The notes under the pieces were generated by a model. The model made no database searches. It saw only the letters and a program-made list of their open reading frames with translations, and was not told the origin of the DNA. DNA of 64,000 nt from Octopus vulgaris (taxonomy: Eukaryota), in NCBI GenBank assembly GCA_951406725.2, contig OX597816.1, positions 135,780,001 through 135,844,000 of the forward strand. Direction: 5' to 3'. Positions 11,601 through 24,428 of this stretch are shown in pieces (within the stretch, counting starts at the first letter, position 1; each line of letters opens with the position of its first letter). Both the position numbers and the translations under genes were made by a program.

Positions 11601-14600
11601 AGTTTTGCCTTTAAAAGGACACACATTAAGAAAATATAAATAAAGAAAATTCAGCTTCTAATGAATAATTCAAATAATGAGGTTCTACCCCAAGGCTTTC
11701 TTTTGTTATTTATATTAGGTAATAACATTAGACTACCACAAAGTTACTATCAACAGTATACCTTGAAAATACATAAAATGTAGGACAATATTTAAACAGT
11801 GGAATTAAGAAAGAACTATTCTGAACTATTTAATTATGTTCAATAATATGAAGGATCCAGATTGAGTAAATTACATACATGCTACCCAAAATAGGATCAT
11901 AAACTGTATGGACACCATTGAATATTTGAAGCTTCTATTTCAAAACAAAAAAGTATAGGATGAACCAGCATAATAAGAAAGTGGGAGAAACCGTTGATCT
12001 CAGATTTCTGGAGGCATAGAAAGCAAGAATGAACAACTAGTTTTTCCTTTACTTTTATGGATATGAAATTTCATAAAGTATGGTATATCCAAAATGTGAG
12101 AAATTTGAGTAGCTGAGCCTTTAGATATGTGCAGTTTAACATTTTTAGATGTGAGTTTTTCAGGCTGTTTCTAAGGTATCCATCACCAACTTCAACATAA
12201 AATTAACATTAACAAAATCACATCTGAAATTAAGTCAGTAACCAAAGACAACAATGTTGTACCATGACCATAACCATTTAATTTATACTGAAAGACTAAC
12301 CGTAACTAACACAATTAGATCATGGAAAAATCAATTTAGCTATTTAAGAACACATAAAAATTATTATACAGTAATCGCCATATCATAGTTCACCTATTGC
12401 AGTTTATTATTTAAGCTTACGTCAATTCCTCCGTAGTGTTGTTTTGCATTTATGATAAAATAAATATATACAAATTATAAAAATAATAAAAAACATATAT
12501 ACAGTACCGTACTGTTTCTACTTTGCAGATTTTCACCTACCGTGGGGGGTTTTGGAACGTAACGCCTGTGATATTCGAGGAATTACTGTATTCACTTTTT
12601 TAAAATTATTAATAGTAAAGTCTACAATAAAGTGTCAAATCATTTCATCCCACTTTTGTGTTCTAGTCACTGATAAAAATTCTATTGCATCATCTCAGTT
12701 CGTAAGATGAAATAGATCTAAGTAGATCTGACCAGGTTGTGGGAGTGTAAAGAAATTTTTTTGACTCTTCTTCATAAGAGACTGTATTGTTCAGAAATAA
12801 GCAAAATGTGAATACAGCAATTTTTGTGTGTTCTTAAATAGCTAAAATAGCTCTTCCATATTGTCACTTTTTAGCCTCAACACAGAGTCTCTAAAATAAG
12901 GGCAAGAACAGCTCCAAAATAGTACCTAAGTTGGTAAATTGTTTTTTAAAGCAGATTTTTGTCAGGAATACTGGTGAAGATATATAACAAAAACAGCTAT
13001 TTTACAATGACTAAGATTGTTTGATATAGATTTATTATTCGTATTCAGAAACTCTATTTTGAACTAATAATTTTTGTTTTTCTGAAGAATTATTTTTACA
13101 TTACTATTAGTAATGAGAGTCAATGTGAACTACCTCAGGCTTGGTCATTACTAGTTGTAAACTATTTCTATTTTCATTTTTTTTTTCTTTTGGTTTACAA
13201 TTTTCTTTCATGTAATGTAATTAAGTTTTCCCGTTTATTATGTTTGTATACAAATTTGTTAATAAATATGCTGATTTTCTTATATGCATCAAATACGTTT
13301 TTTATTTCATTCCTATAAACAACACTGAACGTTTTATTGCAGCTACTGGTTAATCATAGTTAATGTTATAAGCACTAGTTTTTATCCTTCCTTCTCTTAT
13401 TGCAATAGGATCGTGAACTATGTACTCCTAAAAATCTCTCGGATCATCTTCTTTGTGATGGGATTTCACTGGGTGAAAGTCAAAGGACACTGTGCACAAG
13501 CAAAAGAAGCACCAATTGTGTGCATTGCTCCCCATTCCAGCTTGTTTGATGCACTAGTATTTTTTATGATTCCTGAATTACCTGCTGTGGTGTCAGCTGT
13601 AGATCATATAAAAGTACCTTTCATCGGAAGTAGGTACCAAGTTTTTAATTTTAAATCAATTTTATTGCTATGGTTTTACCACTGCTAACTTGAGAAATGG
13701 TGAACTCTTAATCCATGTCCATTACTTTAAAGTTTCAGAGAGAGGAAGTTTCCTTCTTTTTTTTTATGTTCAGCATAGAAAGTTTTAGTTTTAGTCTTAA
13801 AGATTTTTATTTGATTTACAGCTATAGTTTATTATTCACAACAACTCTAACTTACTAACAAGTTTCTTGTATTTAAAAATAACCTATCTAATGTAGCTTG
13901 TGAAAATACATATTTGTAGGGTAGCATTTCTAATTACTTTACACTTGTATTGGCTATTAACATTTTTGCATTAACTATTGTTATCATGAAATACTGCTAT
14001 AAATATTCTCTGCATAGAAGTTTGACCAGCTTATGTTGCGGCCAGATCTACTAACAGGATGGAAAAATTTACATTGGAACCAGATGTAAGCTGTGAACAA
14101 CAGTTCATTTTCTGCAGAGCTATATCTGTTTGTGACTTAAATTACGATAGGGCCCCAGCATGGCTGCAACTTTCAAGCTGAAACTTGTAAAGAAAAACAT
14201 GCTCTCTTGTTCTTGAGAACTTCATTGAAAGCAATGTTGTATTTGACTTCAACAAATGTCCAGTATGAAAACCTCCAGGCAAAGTTTCTTGCCTTTGGGC
14301 TTCACCCATATTTCATATGTTAGATTGGAAATTTTCTGACAGACATTACCATCATAGCATATATTAAAGAACTTCTCCCTCCCTAACCAATTTTCTGCTA
14401 CTTTTAGCATGCCTTAAGTTTGTTATATCCCCTATATACTCTCTTCTTTAACTTACTCTCAATTACTTTCAACCAAAAACACTGCCATGTATAAGTTAAT
14501 ATTCTTCTTTCTTGAATAATCTCTTGTACAATGACATTACCCATACACTGCTCTTGCCGACCAATCCATAAAAAGTAAATGTAAACATGACACCTCATAT

Positions 14601-14984
14601 CACAATGCTAACTCATCATTAAAGTCTATTTGATTCAGTTACCTTCTTTTGTTCCATCATACCCTATTTTGCCATCAAAATCCCATATTATCCAAACTTT
14701 TATCTGCAGAGCTGTCTCTCTGAAGCTCCTTGTCTATTCACATTTCCCCTATAGTTATTAATGAGAAATTGAAGCTGGACATTGACTGCATCAATCCTAA
14801 TAATCAGGGAGCAGTTGCAAAAGGCATGGCTGTGTGGTAAGAAGCTTGCTTCTCAACCACATGGTTCTGGGTTCAGTCCCACTATGTAGCACCTTGGGCA
14901 AATGTCTTTAACTATAGCCTTGGGCCAACCAAAGCCTTGTGAGTGGATTTGGTAGATGGAAACCGAAATAAGATCATCATGTGC

Positions 14985-15028
<44 letters not shown>

Positions 15029-16674
15029 TATATTTGTGTCCGTTTGTCCCCCCACCATTGCTTGACAACCAATGTTGGTGTGTTTACATCCCCATAACTT
15101 AGCAGTTCAACAAAGGAGACCAATAGAATAAGTATTAGGCTTACAAAGAATAAGTCCTGGGGGTCAATTTGTTCAATTAAAACCCTTTAAGGCAATGCTC
15201 CAGCATGGCCACAGTCTAATGGCTGAATCAAATAACAGAATTACAGAATAAAATACTTCTAACAGCATGCCTTTTAATACTGATGTAAAGGCCTTGTTTG
15301 GAATGCTGACTAGTTAATGCAGCCAGCTCTAGACAAATATGCAGCATATGTTTCTAGATGAGATGGAAGAATGTGCTTGATCTGTACATGATATGCAATC
15401 ATTCACTGTTAAATGTTTGCTGCAAGAAAGTTTTCCATTGCTTCTTTTTTGCTCTTTGTGCTTTATTTGCTGATCATATTCAGACTTGCCATTTAGTTCA
15501 TCTATAATTTGTTGTGGGTTAAGATTCTTTAGTTCCAGATTATCACTTATCAAATAGTTCTATGCTGAAAAGTTATTCTTTCTTGTTAAAGATGTATTGT
15601 ATTTCTTATTAAAGATGTATTGTATAGCACAGTCTTAAATACTGTGCTATCCAGTATATCCTTCCATTTTAAATACAGTTGGGTGTAATTTAAAGAAGCT
15701 TTGGCTACTATTTCTAACAGGTTGAGTCACTGTATATGTATAGACACTTTCTTGTTAACTCTTAGGGATAAGACTGATTTATAAAATCCAGTTCATTATA
15801 AAATTTTATGCTACAGTCAGTTTATGGCATTTATTTCTCGGGTATAATCACATAGTTTCCCAAGTAATACATTCTAGATCTATTATTGCCACTTTTACAG
15901 GTAAAAAATCTATGTACAAAACTTGTAACAAGTTAAGACTTAACTATTTTAGATGTTTATGTGCCATTTTGAAATGTTTGTTAGGGTTAATTATTTTGTG
16001 TATATTAATGGTTGTAGGAACGATATGGACTGAATAAGATGTGGATCCCTTGACTTGTCTAGATGGATAGGCTTTTTCCTGCCCATGACAGTTTGGACAG
16101 TGGATCTAAAATGAATGATAATGAAATGTTCCAGAAAGCTACGTGTCATGCAATTTAGCCATAGAATTATGATGTAAAAGTTATGTCTACTAAATTCTTA
16201 ATTAATTTCAATATTGATTAAAACAAAGACAATGTATTTCAACAGAAATATGGTAACAAAGGGATTACAATCATTTGATGAAGTCAGTACTCTCAAGTAA
16301 TTGTCAATGACTGTCTTTGGAGATAATTAGTCTAACTAAAATAAGAATTTTCTTCATGTAACATACATGGGTTAAAGTTGAGGCTTTTTGAGGACCTCTA
16401 CTTGCTAATGGTTTGTTTTCTTGTACTTCAGCAGCTCTAGCTCCATCTGTGAAATTAGAAGTTTTCAGCTAGTTTTATTTTTCTCGCAATTTAATATAAA
16501 TATGGGATTGTTGAAGGATGTTAGACAAAAATTAAAATCAAAATGACTGGGGGTGAGATATTTTCATTGTAAGTTATTTCCATTGCTTTAAAACCTCAAA
16601 TTGTGTTTTACATGTAAGGCAAGCATTATACCTCTGAATCTACCCTTTTTCTTACAACTGGCTTGATTGCAGCA

Positions 16675-16731
<57 letters not shown>

Positions 16732-19314
16732 TGTGTTACATTTGTCCTGATGACTTCAGAAAGAATAAGTAAAGATTTTGCTTTTTAGGTTCAATTATTT
16801 GATGTTTATCCTCACTGTTTCTTTTGCCACCCCTATTCTTTCTTTGCCTCTTTCTCCTCCTATGTCTATTTAAGGTGAGTTTTATTTTTAAGTTGTTTGA
16901 TTAAATCTAAAACTATTTATATTCTCTATGCTGTAATTATGTTATACTATTTAATTATTGAGCCTTGTACATATATTATGAAAAAATATTGACATTGTGT
17001 AAAATTACATAAGATTAGTAAGTTCACCATTTCTGAGCTAAAATACCTTGGGCATTTGCCCTCACATTTTACTAAAATTCAGTGCTTGTAATTCAGTTAT
17101 TAAATGCTGAATTCTGTTTAATTAGACATTGCTTAATTCAACTAACTTATGCTCATTGCCTGCCTTTTGCCCAAATTTTATTCTTGGTAATCAATCCAAT
17201 TATCCTTTAATTACCTTTACTAATTTGTTTGAAATTGACTTCTTTGTTTTGGATTTTCCCCATATGAGTTGTTTTGCAATTCATTAAAAAGTTTGGCCAT
17301 TACAGGTTTATTGAGTTGACATTTTGTCTTTCAGATTTCCAGGGTTAACAAAATATGGGATTAATCTAATCCCATCTTACCTTTCCAAAAGACTCTTGTA
17401 TCATAGCAAGAAACCATTAAAAAACAAACACTATTTACCCACAAACCAAATTTTCTAGAAAATCTACTTAAATAATAATAATAATAAAAGAAAATAGAAA
17501 GAACATGCATGATAATCAACATAGCATGTCCTGGTGACAATAGGATCAAAGAGAAAGAAGAAAAACTGAACAACTATGATGATTTTAAGTGGGAAATATG
17601 AAGGTTGTGGTCAATGAGGAAAGTAGATGTGATACCAATAGTAACTGGTGCACTTGAAAGTATCAGCACTCAACTACCAACATAGCTCAGAAAGATTGGT
17701 ACAAATGTAAAGGTAGAACATCTACAAAAATCAGCATTACTTGGAAATGCAAGAATTCTTTGCAGGGTTCTTGAGGCATGACCAATAAACAAGTGTCACC
17801 TTAGTCTGCTGGCTGGCTGTGGACAGCTGACACTTTCCATCATACCCAGTAAAATAAGCTGAGAGTTTTCTTCAAATAATAATAATGATTGCTTCTAATC
17901 TAGGTACAAGGCCAGTAATTTGGAGAAAGAGGGTTAGTCAATTGCATCGACCCCATAATAATAATGATAAATTTTATATAGAACTAGGAAAAAGTGCTGA
18001 TGTAATGACATACAGGGTGCATCAGAAATACCTCCCACATTTTAAACCTTCACCTATGTGTTGCTAATGAATTTATGCAAGTGCCAATGATATTTTAATT
18101 TAAATAATGAACAAAAACTGTAACCCTTTGTTTAAATAACAGTAAAATTAATTTTTCATAAATGTTTCTTTTTCCTTTTGTCAACCTTACAAATGTGGGA
18201 GGTATTTCTGCCGCACCCTGTATATTGAGATAGGAAAATGTGCTGTTATAATAATGTGTGTTTATGCATGTATGCATACAGGCAAAACACACCCTCTTCT
18301 ACTCATTTCCTTTTTTTCTCTGAGAAATTAATATTTATTTCTTCACTTTCTATTGATTCCAAGTGAAATATTGAAGTTCTGAATTCCGTATTTTTATCAA
18401 ATTATGATATACATACTAATTATCGAATCATTCTATTTTAAATTCTATGATATTCGGGTTAAGTTGTCTGAAAAACAGTGGTGTGCTGTAATTAATTGCT
18501 GGTTTCTATATGTTAATATGTTTGGATTTGTTATCCTAATTAACAACCATTATTTGTTATTTCTCTAGTACACAATTTATAATTATTCTAATTGTGATTT
18601 TGAAAAGCATAATACAACAAAAGGTATTATTCTATTTGATTTTGCATTATTTGTTTGGAATAACTAGATATCAACACTGAATATTCAGGAAGACTCTTCC
18701 TAAATCAGCTAAAAGAAAAATAATGCAAACAAAAAGACTAATCTTTCTATTTAAAATATTTGTTAATTGAGGTTGTAATAATATGTCATATGGTTAATTA
18801 GGTAAAAACAATGCGGCATAACCAGAGCCAAATGGCTGTAGCCAGTAAAAGAATACTGGGAATACTCTAAATTCAATATTAGGCTTTATTTATCAAAGAT
18901 TATGAATTTTTTTAATAAACCCTTAAGTATTCAGATTACTCTGCCAAATGTAATGGTTATTTATTCACATTGTTTTGAATTAATCAAACATTGTCTTCTA
19001 ACTTCAGGATTTCAATGATGTGGTTGTTTATTTATTTTAGAATGGCATTGTAGGATAGGTATCAGAGATCTGATCAGTTTGAACACAAAACAGGCAGAAT
19101 ATTTGGTCCAGATATGGTCAGTTTAAGTGCTAAAGAGTTAAACCAAACTTTCAGGTGCCCAAAATGCAAAGGGTCACATGTTTGTTGAACAGCCAGCCAT
19201 ATTTTCTTTTCTGTATTTCATGATGATCAGAAATGTTGATTTTAAATACATATATATTTTTTAAAATTAAATACTTTCTGAGTAATGTTGGTTTTAGAAT
19301 ATTTATTGTCATTG

Positions 19315-19365
<51 letters not shown>

Positions 19366-22084
19366 CATATATATTATGCCTAATCAACCATATGCTTTTG
19401 ATTGTATAATTACAACTTCAACCTGTTTATCTTATTTAAAACACTCCTTCATTCCAGACACACATATAACCAATTAATTCATAGTGCACTATGTAGCAAT
19501 TTTTTACCTTTTTGTGGCAGTACTGGGAGTGGATAAGTCTAAATGTAAGCTATATCTTTTTTGATAAACATGCAGTTTTAGCCTTGCTGTGAAAAGTAAA
19601 CTAGTGGTTACACCACTAGCTTTATCTCTTTGTGGGGAGAAAAATAAGATTGATCTAACTAGTTTTTAGTCTTTTTAGGCCTTCATCAGAAAAAGAATAT
19701 GCATTTGTGAGGAGATTAGTAACTTGGTAACTATTTATAGTGTAGACAATCTAGATTTCTATTAAACTTACCTGCTTAATTTGCATAACAGTGTCTGTGC
19801 TGACTGGGTGGATTAAGTCATTCATTCCTAAAGCACTACACTGTTTTTTGTTGTTTCTTTTGTGGGGTGGATATAATTTGAAACAAAATATACCTTTTTA
19901 ATAAACACAATTTTAACATCACTGAAAAGTAAATAAAATGGCTAAACCATAAGTTTTACCTCTCTGTGGGCAGAAAAAATTAGAACAATCTGACAAGTCT
20001 TCCTTTTTTACACTATAAATAGCTGTAAGTTATTAGTTTCTTTTGGACAAAGATGGGTATTCTTTCTCTAGGGGCAGTATAAGAAAACTAAAAAACTAAC
20101 TGGATCAGTTCCACTTTGTTTACTTTTCACAGCAAATCTATATTTGTATCTTTATGGAAAAGATATATGCTGCATTTCAAATTATACATGTACAAAACAT
20201 ATTTACTAACCTCTTTATATAAATATATGAATATACCTTTTGGACTCTATTTTAGTCGGATTTTTTCTAAGATTGTCTTTTATCTGAAACTTTATTTTTC
20301 TAATAAAGAATTCTCTTTACAGTTCAATACTATTTAAAAAATACCTTCCTCAATCTGCATGATTCATGCATTCAGTTTTATTGCATCTAGAGAATTGTAG
20401 TATGCCATTGATCTCTTCTTTCTCATTTCCTCTCTTTATGTCTTATTTTCTCTTTTCATCTTACTTCTACACTTATTTTCTTACCTAGTCTAATCATAAT
20501 TATTTTACTATTTCATAATTACTGTTAGGTTGCAGTGCTTGAAACTAATTTAATGTTAAGTTTTATTGTAAAAATTGTAAGCCATCAAATCTCAGCATAT
20601 TAACTCTAATTTTGGCATGAAATTACCTTAATGTCAATCGACTATGTTTCCTTTTTGCTTACTAGACAGCTCTGTACCAAAAGAAATAGCTATTGTTATT
20701 CTGTTGATGTAGATCTTGTTTTCATATAACTAAATACAGGGTGGACATACTGGTTTCTTTCTTAAAGGTTATTAGCAGTTAGTATAAGCAGAATCTAACT
20801 TATATTTCAGAGTGGTATTAAATCAATTCAAGTTGTCTACATTGAGCTAAGAAAATGCTGTGAAAGTCCCACAATTAAGTTACTTTACTCAGCTAATATG
20901 GAAAGATAGTTGGAATGACATAATTATAAAGATATATATGTGTATTTTTTAACTATTTAAAGCAATATAACTCAGAGTTATTTAACAGGATATTAACCAT
21001 TAGAATCTACAAAATTTTCCAACAATAAGCAAATCTATTATAAAATTCTGGAGTCCTGAAGCCATTGAATTCTTTTAAATATTTTGGGCAGCTGTTTGGT
21101 TGTTGAAGACTTTCTGTTGCTGGAAAATACTGAGATGCTTGAAAAAATGGTCATCACTTTGAGTAAGACCAGCTGATTAAGCTGGATAAGTCAGAATTTC
21201 ATAGACCATTTCATTCAATTTCTGAAACATGTGGTCAGGTGTGTTCTGTAGTCACAGACTATGGCAGTCTTCCTCATTTTCAAGGGTCTCATCTGTGAAA
21301 TATTGGAATCAGTGTTGAAGTATGCATTTGTTGACAGTCCCGTAGCCAAATGTTTGGTCGATATTGTGAGTAGTTTCCATTTCTTTGCATTCCATTCTGA
21401 ACTCAGGCAGTAAAATTCAGCTTAATTCCTTGATCTCACTCCAAATGATAGCCACTTTTTCAAGCATCTCAGTATCTTCCTGCAAAAGAAGGTCTTCAAC
21501 AATTTGCTTTTCTTTCTACTTTAATTTAGCATAGTCAATGAAAATGGAACATAAATTAACATAAATACACTGAAATCTATGATTCAAAATAGTATATAAC
21601 AAAAGTTTATTCCAAAATTATTTTCATACCAACCTGATACTAAAAGATAGTTGTCATTGATCTTTCTGATCAGCCAAGAAAACTATCTATTAATTGCAAT
21701 GCTTTTATAGCCTGACATTTAAAAACAAACCTTTAATTTTTAGTCTGTAAAGCCTAACTACAATTTTTATAACTCCTGGATAGGAAATAATAGATCTTAT
21801 TGTCATGAATGAGGTATAAGGGAATCCAAAGATGATGCCAAAAGGTGAAAACTAATCTTAATTCATGTAATAGTATCTATCTAGTTACATAATTTACAAG
21901 GTTTTGATATTTATGTTTAACTCATTTTGTATGTTTGCCTTCACTCTTGATAAGTTTAGCCGTCTTGTGTGTGTGTGTGAATGTGTCTTGTTCTCAGCTT
22001 GAAAAATGACAAAATAAATTATTACTTCAATCAGGAAACCCTGGGTAGCGGTAGTGAAGATTTGTGCTTTTGTTATAACATTCA

Positions 22085-22127
<43 letters not shown>

Positions 22128-22737
22128 GGGTGGCCCAGAAGTAATTGAACCCTGAAAATACAAATCAGCATAACCTTCATCTTGAGACACTATAGGCCAC
22201 AGAGTGGCTGTGTGGTAAGTAGCTTGCTTACCAACCACATGGTTCCGGGTTAGTCCCACTGCGTGGCACCTTGGGCAAGTGTCTTCTACTATAGCCTCGG
22301 GCCTTGTGAGAGGATTTGGTAGATAGAAACTGAAAGAAGCCTGTCGTATATATATGTATATATATATATATATACTAGCAGTATCGCCCGGCGTTGCTCG
22401 GGTTTGTAAGGGAAATAACTACAAAGCATTTTTAGAGAGTTATAGCCAAAAAATAGCAAAAAAAAGGGGAAAAAATTATGGTAAATTTTTTTTTTGAGAG
22501 TTAAAAAGGTCGAGTTGCGTCCCCTAGACAGTCTCTGGTTTCTGATTCTCGACCCCATGTCGAATTTATCGATTTTTTTCAGAACCGGGGGAACTTTTCA
22601 AAATTTTCGCTGCGTTAGTTTTGAATTATGACATTGGGCTATGTGTGTGTCAAGTTTCATCAGAATCGGTTGAAAGCCGTGGTCAGGGTGAGGGTACAAC
22701 CTAACAGACACACAGAAACACACACAGACAAACTGCC

Positions 22738-22783
<46 letters not shown>

Positions 22784-23078
22784 TGTGTTTGTTCGCCCAA
22801 CATCGCTTGACAACCAATGGTGGTGTGTTTACGTCCCTGTAACTTAGCGGTTCGGCAAAAGAGACCGATAGAATAAGTACTAAGCTTACAATGAATAAGT
22901 TCTGGGGTAGACTTGCTCGACTAAAAGCGGTGCTCCAATATAGCCGCAGTCAAATGACTAAAACAAGTAAAAGAGAGTATATGATTCAGCCATCACTATG
23001 TTATCAAAAAAAAAAAGGGAGAGTAATTAGCAATATTTAATAAATTCAATAGGGTTCAGCTACTTTTGGGCCGCCCTG

Positions 23079-23131
<53 letters not shown>

Positions 23132-23850
23132 AGAGTTTACGAAAAAAACAAAAGACGAAGACGGGTGGTGTATAAAACAAACAGATGTTTTAGTATAACG
23201 CTCAGGAATAGAAAAAGTCTTTTATGTTTCGAGCCTATGCTCTTCTACAGAAAGGGACACAGAAAAAAACAAGTAGAGAAAAAAATATATATATACATAC
23301 ACACACACACACACATATACTTGTATACACATATTCTTGTTGTCAGGGTTTCTAATGTATTTGTATTTTTAAATATGTGCTGACGTTAATGTTGCTTATA
23401 TGTATAATTTGAATATTTATAGGTTTTTAACTTCTAGAATACATAGTTTTGTCAAATGTATTTCCCCGCTTTTTTAACTGAATAACTAAAATACATATAA
23501 TGTAAATGATAACCAGATCAATATTTTAATTTTGACAATATCCTTTCTAACTACTTTTATTTTGCTTTTTATAGAATTGTCTTCTTTTCTTTCTTTGTGA
23601 AAGGTTAATTTTCAGATTTGAAATAATAAAGTTCAGTAAAATGGTACATTTTTATGCTCAGACTGGACAGTTAAAACTATTTCATGCACAAGGAAACAGA
23701 AATTACATAATCAACTTCATTAGCTTACAGTTGTTTCTATTATAAGGTGATGCACAAACACTGTAAGCTAATGGAATTATGTCATTCCTGTTCCTATGTT
23801 GCTCTATTGATTAATATACAAATACACGTGTGTGTGTTTGTGCGTGTATT

Positions 23851-23895
<45 letters not shown>

Positions 23896-24383
23896 GTGTG
23901 AGAGAGAGAGATAAGACAGAGTTTATGAGCACCCTTAGGTAGAGAAAAGAAGAGAACAGATTCCTTTACAGGAGTCAAATCTTTTATTTGTTGCTTGTTG
24001 GGCTACTGTATTACTGATTACATCAAAGAAGTTTGCCTATTCAGTGTGTCATATTAGCTCCTATAAATAGTTATATTGGCATAAGCAGTACAACTTCATC
24101 CCATATCACAATGAAATTCAATGTTCAGCACTGGAGCAAATTCCAAGAACATGAATAGTAATTAGATGAAATGGCTGTTATTGTGAAGGAGTTTGCTCTG
24201 CTGTCAATGTAAATTTGATAGATGACAGCTTTGCAGAAGCCTGTTATATATATCATCATCATCATCGTCAGTTAATGTCTGCTTTCCATGCTGGCATGGG
24301 TTGGATGGTTTGACTGAGGGCTGGCAAACCAGAAGGCTGCACCAGGCTCCAATCTTATCTGGCAAAGTTTCTACAGCTAGATG

Positions 24384-24428
<45 letters not shown>

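Noticed and set aside
4875-13291. 10-nt complementarity between ttgatgcata upstream of exon A and tatgcatcaa upstream of exon B as a docking/selector pair
   Set aside because: Too short and AT-rich to exceed chance without conservation data.
4977-13629. Exons A and B as parts of two tandem LPCAT genes, or B as a pseudo-exon
   Set aside because: No second copy of any other exon was found between or after them, and both have intact frames, splice sites and catalytic residues despite deep divergence.
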